In this document: positions 10,425 through 20,398 of the stretch, in pieces | How the letters are laid out: each line of letters starts with the position of its first letter | Position numbering within the stretch: position 1 is the first letter of the stretch | Assembly (NCBI GenBank): GCA_964607485.1 | Contig: CAZSKP010000011.1 | Coordinates: 1-64,000 of the forward strand | Reading direction: 5' to 3' | Source: an uncultured bacterium | GTDB taxonomy: Bacteria; Abyssobacteria; SURF-5 | DNA length: 64,000 nt | The notes under the pieces: model-generated | Seen by the model: the letters and a program-made list of their open reading frames with translations, nothing else | Told to the model about the DNA's origin: nothing | The model's database searches: none | Translations under genes and position numbers: made by a program

Positions 10425-11245
10425 TTTTCCCTCCACCGATCGAGCTTTCCCTCACGGTATGCCGTGATATACCGCATGCAGAATTCGTCCTTCCCCAACA
10501 GCGCCTCGGCTGCGGCGAGCGTCGCCATCAGGGCGCTATCACACGGGTCCATGATCGCGCTGTCGATTCCGGCGGCCATCGCCATTGTCAGGAACACCGC
10601 ATTCAAGAGCGAGCGATCCGGCAGTTTGAACGACACATTGGCCAGCCCGCAGAGTAGATGGACGTCGGGCAGGTGCGCGCGAATTCTGGAGTATGCAGCG
10701 AGGGTCTCCGCCCCTGCGTCGCCCGCCACGCCCACGGGCTGCACCACGGGGTCGACGTATATGTCTTCGGCTTTGATGCCCGCGCCGGTGAGCGCTTCGA
10801 CCAGTCGAACGGCGATGTCGAACTTCTTTCCCGCATCGGCGGGAACCTGCATCGAATCGACCGTCATCGCCACGACCCCGCATGAGTATTCCTTCACCAA
10901 GGGCACGACAGCGTCGAGTCGCCGGGGCTCAAGCGTGACGGAATTGATGACGGGCGTTCCACGATGTTCCCGGAGCGCCGCCTTGAGCGCCTCGGGATTA
11001 GGGCTATCCAGACATAGCGGAGTGTCTACGGCGGCCTGCACGGTTCGGACGAGCCAGGGAAGATATTCCGCCTCCTTGCCCACAAACGTGCCTGCGTTCA
11101 CATCGATGTAGGCCGCTCCCCCCTCATGCTGCATGCGGGCTTCCTCCTGGATGAACGCTTCTTCCTTATTCTCTATTGCCCGGGCGACCCTCTTCCGAGA
11201 GGAATTTATGCGTTCTCCGATTATCGTCAGGCCGGAAAAGTCCAC
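10421..11245 (-). CDS. Methyltetrahydrofolate:corrinoid methyltransferase (AcsE-like pterin-binding barrel)
   Basis: IIGERIN, YIDVNAG, PLCLDS, INSV, YVDP, GLANVSF. Confidence 0.9.
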   Translation of the reverse strand: MDFSGLTIIGERINSSRKRVARAIENKEEAFIQEEARMQHEGGAAYIDVNAGTFVGKEAEYLPWLVRTVQAAVDTPLCLDSPNPEALKAALREHRGTPVINSVTLEPRRLDAVVPLVKEYSCGVVAMTVDSMQVPADAGKKFDIAVRLVEALTGAGIKAEDIYVDPVVQPVGVAGDAGAETLAAYSRIRAHLPDVHLLCGLANVSFKLPDRSLLNAVFLTMAMAAGIDSAIMDPCDSALMATLAAAEALLGKDEFCMRYITAYREGKLDRWREK

Positions 11246-11325
11246 ATCGAATCCCCCATTTCGAAGGTGGGGCTCCTGGCGGGTTCACCGCGTGCTGTTT
11301 CTTAGGATTGGTCCCCAAAGTATTC

Positions 11326-11349
11326 GGGGCAGACCGAAATGTCTGCCCC
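11326..11349. repeat. Intergenic GC-rich palindrome (REP-like or RNA hairpin)
   Basis: GGGGCAGAC-cgaaat-GTCTGCCCC, perfect 9-bp stem. Confidence 0.6.
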
Positions 11350-11389
11350 TCAGTTGCCGCTATTCGTTCTAGAGCGGAGTTCGCTCGGC

Positions 11390-12025
11390 TCACAGCCCGA
11401 TGAGCGCCTTCGCCTTGTCCACGGCTGAGGCGGCGTCGGGCGCGTAGCCGTCGGCTCCGATTTCGTCTGCGTAGCGTTGAGTGACCGGCGCTCCTCCGAT
11501 TATGACTTTCACTTTTCCCAGAAGGCCGGCCTCTTGGATTTCACGAATGGTGGCTTGCATTGAGGGCATCGTCGTCGTCAGCAGAGCGGACATTCCGATG
11601 AGCTTCACGTCTTCAGCCTTCGCAGCTTCGACAAATTGCTCGGGAGAGACACTGATACCCAGATCGACCACCTTGAAGCCGTTTCCGCGCAGCATCATCA
11701 CCACGAGGTTCTTGCCGATGTCGTGCAGGTCTCCCTGGACGGTGCCTATGGCCATGGTGGCCACGGGTTTGACTCCCGCCTTTGCGAGCAGCGGCTCGAG
11801 CACCTTCATTCCGGCGTGCATCGCGCGGGCCGCCATGAAGACCTCGGGCATGTATATCTTATTGTTCTTGAAGCGTTCGCCCACCACCTGCATTCCGGCA
11901 ACGAGACCGCCGTCAAGTATTTCCCCCGGCGCGGCTCCCTCATCGACCGCCCCCTGGGTGAGCCTCTCGACGGCTGAAGCATCGCCTCTTATCAAGGCAG
12001 ACGCGAGCTCTTTCAAGTCGGCCAT
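11390..12025 (-). CDS. Corrinoid (B12-binding) methyltransferase cognate protein
   Basis: B12 cap domain plus GDLHDIGKNLV, SALLTTT, IIGGAP. Confidence 0.95.
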   Translation of the reverse strand: MADLKELASALIRGDASAVERLTQGAVDEGAAPGEILDGGLVAGMQVVGERFKNNKIYMPEVFMAARAMHAGMKVLEPLLAKAGVKPVATMAIGTVQGDLHDIGKNLVVMMLRGNGFKVVDLGISVSPEQFVEAAKAEDVKLIGMSALLTTTMPSMQATIREIQEAGLLGKVKVIIGGAPVTQRYADEIGADGYAPDAASAVDKAKALIGL

Positions 12026-12257
12026 TAACTACCCCCTTCCCGATGATCGGACCGAGCACTTCCTGTTCGCTCGCTCTTCCGTGCGAGTCTGAAGCCCATG
12101 GGTCGGTCGATCCGTGTGGATGAACTCATTCGGTCCTGTTTGGAGACACATCCCAATTACTTTTACTTCTGATCATGCTGGGAAACCGAAAGAAGACGCC
12201 TCACTGCCTCACCTTGTGCTGACAGCGCCAGACTATATCACAGCAGGTGGATTGCAG

Positions 12258-12722
12258 TCAAGCGAGTTGGGGGAGCCGAATGATGATTTTCTCCTCGTCC
12301 GAATCCGTGACCGTTGATGAAATGTTCAGGCCGATTTCGCTGTCTTTCAGGCCGACGACAAGTTTGCCCGTCCTCTTGGTTTCATCCAAGCCGGCCATCT
12401 CTTCGATTTCGTCAAACAAGGCCGTCACCACCTCTTCCTTGGGCACGGGCACGTCGTAGAACTTTTCGCCGGCCATCCTGCATAGAGCCACATCGGGCTG
12501 CTTGCGAACGAAGGATATGTCTTTCGCCTTCTCATCGATCGCAAAAAGCAGCGTCAGGGCGAGGTAGCGGAGGGCTTCATCGGGCACTTCCTCGCGGGTG
12601 GACTTCGTCAATTTCGGGTCCGAAAACGTTTCGAGTTCTTTCCTGTGATCGGTATTGAGAAAACAGTCAACAAACTCCTGCAACTTGACATGGGAGCTTC
12701 TGGTTCTATCGGTCGTGCTCAT
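12258..12722 (-). CDS. Conserved hypothetical protein
   Basis: GGAGG before ATG 12722; protein-like composition. Confidence 0.7.
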   Translation of the reverse strand: MSTTDRTRSSHVKLQEFVDCFLNTDHRKELETFSDPKLTKSTREEVPDEALRYLALTLLFAIDEKAKDISFVRKQPDVALCRMAGEKFYDVPVPKEEVVTALFDEIEEMAGLDETKRTGKLVVGLKDSEIGLNISSTVTDSDEEKIIIRLPQLA

Positions 12723-12980
12723 TCTCGCACCTCCGTATTCTGCCGGGTCACGTCGAAAAATCGACACATTCTATTCATAATGCAGCTCCTTACAAAATTC
12801 TGTCACGATTGAAGATTTTCGCTATGGAAAGGCGTGTGTCAAAGGGAAGGGACAAGACAACAAGGCTGAAGCTCTCAAGCCTCCTTCCAGACGAGGATTG
12901 CATCAACAGGCTTCTTTCCAACACGACCATGACACGTCACCCTTTCCTTCCGACAGGGGCTGAGCGTCTTGAAGCTCCGG

Positions 12981-13009
12981 TTGACAAATTAATTAGGTCA
13001 CCATATAAT
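12981..13009 (+). promoter_or_regulatory. Consensus sigma70 promoter of marR
   Basis: Exact TTGACA-17 bp-TATAAT. Confidence 0.8.
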
Positions 13010-13018
13010 GTTCACATC

Positions 13019-13480
13019 ATGCGTGAGCGAGACAAAATTCTGGATGAGACGGTGAGCATATTCGAGAAAGTCGTCAACAAGATACATATGATGGAACGAA
13101 TCCCGAAAGATTTCGGGACGGGTGAGCTGCTGCACTTGGGGCAGATAAACACGATTGTTGCCGTGGGAGAGAATCCTCGCATCAGTGTTACGGAACTGTC
13201 AAATCAGCTTGGCATTACCAAAGCAAGTGCCTCGGAAATGGCTAGGAAGCTGGAAAAGAAAGGGTATTTGAAACGAACAAGAGATCTGAGCGACGGAAGA
13301 AGCGTATTGCTGGAGGTGACAAGCAAAGGTCAGGGCATCTGCGAACGACATGAGAAGCTTCACAGGGAGAACCTCTCAAAGTATTTTGAAGACATAACGT
13401 TTGGCCAAGCTGCCATCTTCAAAGAAATTCTTGCCAAGATAGACGCCTATGCGGATATGAAGACGAGGAAAGACGCATAG
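13019..13480 (+). CDS. MarR family regulator
   Basis: Winged helix SVTELS..LGITKASASEMARKLEKKGY, DGRS..L..T.KG; start placed after the promoter. Confidence 0.9.
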   Translation: MRERDKILDETVSIFEKVVNKIHMMERIPKDFGTGELLHLGQINTIVAVGENPRISVTELSNQLGITKASASEMARKLEKKGYLKRTRDLSDGRSVLLEVTSKGQGICERHEKLHRENLSKYFEDITFGQAAIFKEILAKIDAYADMKTRKDA

Positions 13481-13497
13481 CTTCTCTCATAATATAG

Positions 13498-13515
13498 TAT
13501 GGTACCCGTACCATA
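13498..13515. promoter_or_regulatory. Perfect inverted repeat, candidate MarR operator
   Basis: TATGGTAC-cc-GTACCATA between marR and the hydrolase gene. Confidence 0.55.
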
Positions 13516-13578
13516 ATGGGTGCGTTCAATAAGCATTTTGAAAAGGAAAATCCGTCGACTCAACGCGGAGGTGTGAAG

Positions 13579-15384
13579 ATGCCCGGAAGATACAACAGAA
13601 AGATTCTCCTGCTCCTTTCTCTCTTACTCGCCGCAGCTTGCATTTACTGTTCCGCTCCGGAGGTGAAGGACCCCCGAACCCACTATGGGGACGCGAGAAC
13701 TCCGGAGGCTGTCAAAGCCAACACCGAAGCGCGCAAGCTCATTGACGAATACCGCGCGAATTTCGGCCCGCAGGAGAAATACGGGCTCATCGTCGAAACG
13801 AACGTCGATATCCCCATGCGCGACGGCACGACCCTGAAGGCCAACATCTTCAGGCCCGACGCGGAGGGTGCATTCCCGATTATCGTGTCGATGACCGCTT
13901 ATATGAAGGACAGGCCTTGGCTGGTTCCCGAAGGTCACGAAGCCCGGCCTGGGAAGTATCAGGTCTGGGAGTTGCCGAACCCCGAACGATGGGTGCCGTG
14001 GGGCTATGCCCTCGTCCGGATCGACACGCGCGGTTTCGGCCAGTCAACGGGAAAGCCTTCCGGCCTGAACGACCAGGAGGCAAACGACTATTACGACACT
14101 ATCGAATGGGCGGCCCGCCAACCCTGGAGCAACGGCAACGTCGGCCTGTCCGGCGTGTCCTACATCGCCATCAACCAATGGTACGTCGCCGCCAAGCGGC
14201 CACCCTCGCTCAAGGCGATCATTCCGTGGGAGGGCCTGGCCGACCAGTACCGCGACAGCTTCTTCCGGGGCGGGATATACAGCTTCACCTTCTCGACATT
14301 CTATCTGGCGGAATTTTATCGCGACTATACGGTGCGCGGCTGGCCTCATGCGCAGACGTTCGAAGAAGGCCCTCCGCCGAGCATCTGGGAGTTCATCTCG
14401 CATCGTCTCGACGACGAATTCTGGGCGGACAGGCGGCCGGACTGGAGCAAGGTCGAAGTCCCGCTCTACAGCGCCGGCAACTGGAACGGCTGGCTGGGCG
14501 CAGGACACCTGCGCGGCAACCTGGAGGGGTTCAAACGCGCGGCGTCGAAGAACAAGAAGCTTCGCGTCCACACGGGCGACCATCAGGATGCCTACTATTC
14601 CGAGGAGGGATTCTTCGACCAGTTGAGGTTCTTCGACCACTGGCTCAAGGGCATCGACAACGGCATCATGGGCGAGCCGCCCGTCAAGCTTGCCATCAGG
14701 AACAGCACCAACCGGTTCGACTTTACCTGGCGGTATGAGAATGAATGGCCGATTGCGCGCACCCAGTACAGAAAGCTGTATCTCCGGGCCGCCGGAGACG
14801 GCAAGGTCGGCAGCCTCGTGAGCGAACTGCCCGAGGCGGAAACTTCAATCACCTACGACGCGCCGGGAGGCTACAAAGACAAGGACAATGTTGCGATGTT
14901 TGTTTCGGAGCCGTTCAAGAAGGATACGGAAATCACGGGCGAGATCAAGCTCAATATCTGGGTTTCCTCAACCATAGACGATATGAACGTGCACGCAAGC
15001 ATGCTGATTGTGCATCCGACGCTGCATCCGCTGCTGCACAAATGGTTTGGCGAGAGAGAGGTCGTCACGGTCGGCTGGCTCTCGGCGCAACACCGCGAAC
15101 TCGACCCCGAACTGACGACGGACTCGCGCCCATACCACCGCCACAAGAGGCTCCTGCCGCTCGTGCCCGGCGAGCCGACCGAAATACAGGTCGAGATATG
15201 GCCCACGAGCATGGTATATAAGAAGGGGTCGCGTCTTGTGCTGGTAGTTTCGGCGGACCACCCGCTGACCATGCAGGGCTCGATGGTGGGGCTCTACCGC
15301 GCGCGCCATGCAAAGGACACGCTCCACACCGGCGGCAGATACAATTCCTATTTGCAGATACCGGTCATCCCGCCGAAGGGGTGA
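13579..15384 (+). CDS. CocE/NonD family hydrolase (peptidase S15), exported or lipoprotein
   Basis: MRDG..L.A, DTRGFGQS.G, GVSYIA nucleophile elbow, N-terminal hydrophobic leader ending in Cys. Confidence 0.9.
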   Translation: MPGRYNRKILLLLSLLLAAACIYCSAPEVKDPRTHYGDARTPEAVKANTEARKLIDEYRANFGPQEKYGLIVETNVDIPMRDGTTLKANIFRPDAEGAFPIIVSMTAYMKDRPWLVPEGHEARPGKYQVWELPNPERWVPWGYALVRIDTRGFGQSTGKPSGLNDQEANDYYDTIEWAARQPWSNGNVGLSGVSYIAINQWYVAAKRPPSLKAIIPWEGLADQYRDSFFRGGIYSFTFSTFYLAEFYRDYTVRGWPHAQTFEEGPPPSIWEFISHRLDDEFWADRRPDWSKVEVPLYSAGNWNGWLGAGHLRGNLEGFKRAASKNKKLRVHTGDHQDAYYSEEGFFDQLRFFDHWLKGIDNGIMGEPPVKLAIRNSTNRFDFTWRYENEWPIARTQYRKLYLRAAGDGKVGSLVSELPEAETSITYDAPGGYKDKDNVAMFVSEPFKKDTEITGEIKLNIWVSSTIDDMNVHASMLIVHPTLHPLLHKWFGEREVVTVGWLSAQHRELDPELTTDSRPYHRHKRLLPLVPGEPTEIQVEIWPTSMVYKKGSRLVLVVSADHPLTMQGSMVGLYRARHAKDTLHTGGRYNSYLQIPVIPPKG

Positions 15385-15608
15385 TCCGGGCAGAGAGGAA
15401 GATTTGTCCACGAAGATTCACGAAGGAAGCGGTCGTTCCTCCGTTGATGTTCTTGGTGTCGCTTCGTGCCTTGCTGGTTCAAACCCTCGTCCCGATTGAG
15501 AAATTCTGCTGCTCAACCCGCACGCTGCCCGCATGCCATTGACTATTCACCAAGAAGAGAGTTCTCCCTGGGAGTAGTGACTCAAGAATGCTCTCCCACC
15601 ATTGATGA

Positions 15609-15650
15609 TACTTATAGTCTGTAGAAAACGGGCGCGAATCCTGCTACTTT
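15609..15650 (+). promoter_or_regulatory. C-box operator and -10 element of the controller gene
   Basis: TACTTATAGTC-TGTA resembles the GACTTATAGTC box of AhdI/Esp1396I-type controllers; TGcTACTTT follows. Confidence 0.6.
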
Positions 15651-15658
15651 TGAATATC

Positions 15659-15910
15659 ATGCCAAAACGCTCTGGCGACAGAAACTATCTAATTGCGATT
15701 GGCGCAGCCGTCCGCGAACTCCGTACAACGGCAAAGCTGAGTCAAGAAGAGCTTGCGGAAAAAGCCGACCTTCATCGCACATATGTTGGAGGAGTGGAAC
15801 GTGGCGAAAGAAACGTGACAGCACAAAGCTTACTCCGTATATCGAAAGCTTTGTCCACTACACCTGCAGTCATCATGTCGAGAGCAGAACAGATACTCAA
15901 AAAGAAATGA
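15659..15910 (+). CDS. XRE-family restriction-modification controller (C) protein
   Basis: LSQEELAEKADLHRTYVGGVERGERNV; stops 1 bp before the endonuclease. Confidence 0.85.
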   Translation: MPKRSGDRNYLIAIGAAVRELRTTAKLSQEELAEKADLHRTYVGGVERGERNVTAQSLLRISKALSTTPAVIMSRAEQILKKK

Positions 15911-15911
15911 A

Positions 15912-16826
15912 ATGTCTAAATATCTTGAACAAATCAACCAACTATACTCTGCAGCTTGCACGCCCCTTCGGTCAAGCGGTGTTTCTGAGAGAGCGCTTGA
16001 CTTTAGAGCTCCGCACATAAGAGGCAGGCGACCCGGTGATGCCCGGTCGGAGTTTCTTGCCAACAGAGCTATGGGCGACTGGGCAGAGAATGCCCTAGCT
16101 GCTTCTCTCAACGAAGCCTTAAGACCGTTGAAAATAGTCAAATATGGAAATGCAGATGACATTGTTGCGGGAGACCCGGCATTCCCAGATTTTTTTGACA
16201 ATTATCATGCCGAACTGGCAGCTTCGGGCAAACGCCCCGATCTACTGGCATTCTCCCACAATATGGAGGGGTTAGGTCCGTCTTTGGATATCAGTGCCCG
16301 CCCATGGAAAGACCTTCCCCGCCTTGCGAGAAAGGCGCTTGTCGCAATAGAAACTCGCTCGAGCAAGTACTTCGCGCTTGAATATTCTGAGATTAGAAAA
16401 CGACAAGCAAGGCTGAATCCCAAATTTAAAGGAAGGATGTCTCAGAGTTTCACTCCGAAGGTAGAAGACCTCAAACTGGTAATGCGCTGGATTAACGTGC
16501 ACGAAGTTAGACATTACTACGCCCAAGTCTTCTTCGACAGTGTCTTCCTCATCAGTTTCAAGAGGATTTTGGAAATTCTGGCCACAGGTGATGCCTCACA
16601 TGAAATTGAAAGAAACAGAAACAACCAAGACAAACCAACCATTCACATACCTGTAACCGAAGGTGCCCATATTGGCGTGTTTGCTGAAGCGCCAACATTC
16701 GAAGCCGAAATCCGAAAAACTGATTTGGCCAGGTTGGACGCCTATGTTGTTCCTAAGGGGGGTCGGTTGGTTTTGAAGGAAGAAAAAGTCAGGGAAACCC
16801 TTCAGCTTGGCCAGGATACTACTTAA
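15912..16826 (+). CDS. Type II restriction endonuclease, AccI family
   Basis: SEFLANR..GDWAE, YG..DDIVAGD, GKRPDLL, E.RSS, SFTPKVEDL, QVFFD; lies between C and M genes. Confidence 0.8.
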   Translation: MSKYLEQINQLYSAACTPLRSSGVSERALDFRAPHIRGRRPGDARSEFLANRAMGDWAENALAASLNEALRPLKIVKYGNADDIVAGDPAFPDFFDNYHAELAASGKRPDLLAFSHNMEGLGPSLDISARPWKDLPRLARKALVAIETRSSKYFALEYSEIRKRQARLNPKFKGRMSQSFTPKVEDLKLVMRWINVHEVRHYYAQVFFDSVFLISFKRILEILATGDASHEIERNRNNQDKPTIHIPVTEGAHIGVFAEAPTFEAEIRKTDLARLDAYVVPKGGRLVLKEEKVRETLQLGQDTT

Positions 16827-18499
16827 ATCCCGCATATTTTTGCGACAACTTCGTCTAACTTTTTTAGGGCAACCTCTCGTCGGGAGTACCTGCGAAAATG
16901 CTCTTTGAGTTCTTGAACCAATGACTCTGACAGTTTGTCAAATTTGGGCACTGGTATTCTCATAACATCCTTCGGCTCGAGCTTCTTCAATCCGCCACCA
17001 TATACCCGCATTTGTTCTAAGAGAACCTCCTTGCAGTACGATGAGGTGAGATAGGCCATCATGGCGTCGATAAGATCCGGATTGAACTTCGGTCTTGCAT
17101 ACAGGCAGTGAAATGTGGTTAAGTTAAGAGCCTTTGTATAGTTTCGGATAAACCTGAATTCCTTTCTTCCAAACACTGTTACCCAGATTGGAGCCGGTTT
17201 TCTTTTTTCCATCGAATACCATGGGTCACGATGCCTAGTTAGAAATCTCTTGTGAAATTCCAGACTCTCTCCATACCGCAAATATGAAGAGACGGCCGGT
17301 TCTCTTTCGAAGCCTCTGACCACATCCAACAAGAATATTTTCTTATCCGTATCGATCAGCCTTGAAAGCTTTTCATCGTCGAACGTTACCCCGTCTATAT
17401 GCGCACTCTTTGTTACACATGTTCTAATGCATTCCCGTGGTAATTTATATTGTTCCACTTCGCGCCTAGACAAGGTAAAGTAAATATTTGCACCTGTCGC
17501 GATTCCCCTGCAAGACCTGAGGTAATCACCCAAAACTGCGCCGGGTGAACCAGAGTTTTCCCTTCCCACAGAATGCCATTTCCTCTCCACATCCAACTCT
17601 GTTAGAGGAATTTTGACGAACGCTTCTGTGTTACCTCTCTTGACGGATTCTGTTATGCGTTGCACATCTTTCATCTCATTCACATGAAAAACTTCAAGAC
17701 TCCTCCGTTTCCGTGCGCTCTTCTCTATCAGTGTAATACATGCAGTACTGAGTGACTCTCCGAAAACGTCCGTTGAGTGATCAAAAATCACCAGCGACCT
17801 AAGATATCCTTCATTTAACAAGAACCTCTTCAAAGCTACGCCGAAATCCGCATTCAGGAATTCGGCGGGAACTAAAATCGCGGCACGGCCGTCCTCCTTG
17901 AGTCGTTTGCATATCTCGATCATAAATAGACCGTATATGTTTGTCAGGCCAGAAAGGCGCTGCCCAATTAGCCGCGAGTAATGATTGAGCACTTCCTTAT
18001 CTAATTTTGCCACGTGATGACGTATGTATGGGGGATTGGCAATAACCGCGTCGAAACTCTTATTCTCTCTCCAGCAAAGAAAATCTCCGACTTCGAGATG
18101 AATGCTGATATTACCCCCCGTCTCACTTAATAGGTGCTTGGCCGCACTTATCATGGTAGGATCAATATCGATTCCTATCACTTCAAGAGAATATTTGTCC
18201 AAAGCCTCACGAGAGATCGCCCAAGGGAAGATCCCCAGACCGACAGAAGGATCCAAAATCTGCTTCGGTCTTCCCTTGAGGACCCATGCTGCCATGAGTA
18301 TCGCCACCTCAGGCGGTGTCAGAAACTGCCCAAGTCTTTTCCTCTTGCCAATATCCGACATCTTATTAAAAAGAGTAAGCGGTTTAGTCCAAGAGCCCTG
18401 AGCAGAGTTCGCTGGCGAAGCTTCTTCCGCCAAAATCCGTCCCCATTCTGCAGGCTTTGGAGATGTCTTCTTCTTACTGTCAAACAATTCCATTTGCAT
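16823..18499 (-). CDS. N6-adenine DNA methyltransferase (gamma class)
   Basis: GQFLTP, ILDPSVGLGIF, ANPPYIR, RGIATGAN, YGGGL.KLEP; start placed after the promoter. Confidence 0.9.
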   Translation of the reverse strand: MQMELFDSKKKTSPKPAEWGRILAEEASPANSAQGSWTKPLTLFNKMSDIGKRKRLGQFLTPPEVAILMAAWVLKGRPKQILDPSVGLGIFPWAISREALDKYSLEVIGIDIDPTMISAAKHLLSETGGNISIHLEVGDFLCWRENKSFDAVIANPPYIRHHVAKLDKEVLNHYSRLIGQRLSGLTNIYGLFMIEICKRLKEDGRAAILVPAEFLNADFGVALKRFLLNEGYLRSLVIFDHSTDVFGESLSTACITLIEKSARKRRSLEVFHVNEMKDVQRITESVKRGNTEAFVKIPLTELDVERKWHSVGRENSGSPGAVLGDYLRSCRGIATGANIYFTLSRREVEQYKLPRECIRTCVTKSAHIDGVTFDDEKLSRLIDTDKKIFLLDVVRGFEREPAVSSYLRYGESLEFHKRFLTRHRDPWYSMEKRKPAPIWVTVFGRKEFRFIRNYTKALNLTTFHCLYARPKFNPDLIDAMMAYLTSSYCKEVLLEQMRVYGGGLKKLEPKDVMRIPVPKFDKLSESLVQELKEHFRRYSRREVALKKLDEVVAKICGI

Positions 18500-18507
18500 G
18501 ATGCTTA

Positions 18508-18537
18508 AAAGTATCATATTCTGCCTATCATTGTCAA
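18508..18537 (-). promoter_or_regulatory. sigma70 promoter of the methylase
   Basis: Minus strand TTGACA-18 bp-TACTTT with extended TG. Confidence 0.55.
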
Positions 18538-18674
18538 GTACTTTTCTCACATCATCATTTCCGAGAGATTTTAAAAGGGAAATGTGCCGACTCGTTTGGC
18601 ACTGCTGTTGCCTTCGGGACAAGAGTGCCTCGCAGATTCGTCAAGGGACGAGCGACGTTCCGTACTCGCTTCCC

Positions 18675-18703
18675 TTGAAAAGCCCGTCGAAATTTAATAC
18701 AAT
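18675..18703 (+). promoter_or_regulatory. sigma70 promoter of the acyl-CoA ligase gene
   Basis: TTGAAA-17 bp-TACAAT. Confidence 0.5.
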
Positions 18704-18758
18704 CCTGCCGATGTGTTCCCTCTAAGTGAGTTCCTGAGTCTCCTAATGAGAAAATGCC

Positions 18759-20243
18759 ATGTCGGTTGACAAGGGGTTGGACGCGCTTTTCAAGCCACGC
18801 TCGGTTGCAATAATCGGCGCATCGACAAATCCCGCCAAGTGGGGCTTCAATTTCATGCTTCACCTGCTGCACGGCGGCTACAAGGGCGCGTGCTATCCGA
18901 TAAACCCCGGCGGCGGCGAGATTCTGGGCCTGAAGGCCTACGCGAGCATTCTCGACGTGCCCGACGACGTGGACCTCGCCTTCATCCTGATTCCGCCCGA
19001 GGCCGCCATAGAGGCCCTGCGCCAATGCTGCGAGAAAGGCGTGCGCGCGTGCGTGGTGGTGACAGCGGGCTTCGGCGAGCTCGGCGAAGAGGGCGAGCGG
19101 CTGCAGCGGTCGCTCTCGTCGCTGGCGCGCGAGGCGGGCATCGCGATGGTCGGCCCCAACTGCGCGGGCATCGCGAGCCCCGAGCCGACGAGCATCTATT
19201 GCACGATGCAGCCCAATTTCCCGCCGCCGGGACACATCGCCATCTTTTCGCAGAGCGGCAACATCGGCGGCTCGATGGAGCGGATTTGCGAGAAGCACGA
19301 CGTCGGCATCAGCCGGTTCGTGAGCACCGGCAACGAGTCGGTCCTCACGAGCTCGGACTACCTGGAATATTTCGCCGATGACGAGCAGACGAAGGTCGTG
19401 GTCGGCTACATCGAAGGCGTCTCGGACGGACGCCGATTCTTCGAGACGGCCAGGCGGCTGACGCTCAAGAAGCCGCTCGTGCTGATAAAAGGGGGCCGCA
19501 CCGCCGTCGGGTCAAGAGCCGCGAGGTCGCACACGGGCGCGCTCTCGGGCTCCGACGCCGTTTTCGACGGCTTCTGCCGACAATGCGGCGTCACGCGCGT
19601 CTTTAGCATCGACGAGATGTTCGACGTGGCCACGGCATTCGTGGCGCAGCCGCTGCCGCGCGGCAACCGGGTCGGCATCGTCGCCAACGGGGGCGGATGG
19701 GGGGTGGTCGCCGCCGACGCCTGCATTGCGGCAGGCCTGAACGTGGCCCCTCTGCCTGAGGAGACGCTGTGGGCGCTGGACAAACGCCTTCCCCCATGGT
19801 GGAACCGGCAGAACCCGGTGGACACGGTGGGCGGAATCAGCCGGGGCGCGTTCTTCAAGACAGTCGAGGCGCTGGCAAAGTCGCCTGCTCTGGACGGCGT
19901 GATAGCGCTGGGGTTCGGTTACGCGGCGAGCATCGCCTCCGTCTTCAGGAACGCTCACGACCTTGGCGTCAGCGGCGACCGAATCGCCGACGACATGCTC
20001 GCCTCCGACATGCGCGGCCTGAACTTCATCATGGACCTCATCGCCGAACATGGGAAGTCCGTAATCCTTTCCTCCGAAAACGCTTACGGCGCCGATCGCG
20101 ACGAAAACCAGGCCATCCTCGAGTTCCGGAAGAAGGGGATAATCGTGTATCCGTCGCCCGACCGCGCCGCCAACGTGTTCGCGAAGATGTGCGAATACCG
20201 GCGCCACCTCTCATCGCAAGCGGGAACATCCTCCCTTCTATGA
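18759..20243 (+). CDS. ADP-forming acetate/acyl-CoA ligase, alpha subunit
   Basis: FKPRSVAIIGAS, GPNCAG, SQSG, STGNE, ARSHTGALSG phospho-His, NPVD. Confidence 0.9.
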   Translation: MSVDKGLDALFKPRSVAIIGASTNPAKWGFNFMLHLLHGGYKGACYPINPGGGEILGLKAYASILDVPDDVDLAFILIPPEAAIEALRQCCEKGVRACVVVTAGFGELGEEGERLQRSLSSLAREAGIAMVGPNCAGIASPEPTSIYCTMQPNFPPPGHIAIFSQSGNIGGSMERICEKHDVGISRFVSTGNESVLTSSDYLEYFADDEQTKVVVGYIEGVSDGRRFFETARRLTLKKPLVLIKGGRTAVGSRAARSHTGALSGSDAVFDGFCRQCGVTRVFSIDEMFDVATAFVAQPLPRGNRVGIVANGGGWGVVAADACIAAGLNVAPLPEETLWALDKRLPPWWNRQNPVDTVGGISRGAFFKTVEALAKSPALDGVIALGFGYAASIASVFRNAHDLGVSGDRIADDMLASDMRGLNFIMDLIAEHGKSVILSSENAYGADRDENQAILEFRKKGIIVYPSPDRAANVFAKMCEYRRHLSSQAGTSSLL

Positions 20244-20398
20244 CGCTTCTTTCGCAGCCCCCGCGTGAAACCACGAGGGGAAATTCTTTAGCCCGAACGA
20301 TAGCGCCCCTCGAATACGAGTGATATGTTTGAAACAGGTTTTGTCTGCGGACGCGGCGGCCGGAGGCGAGGCTTCGGCCCGTTAAGAGGGGGTTCCGA

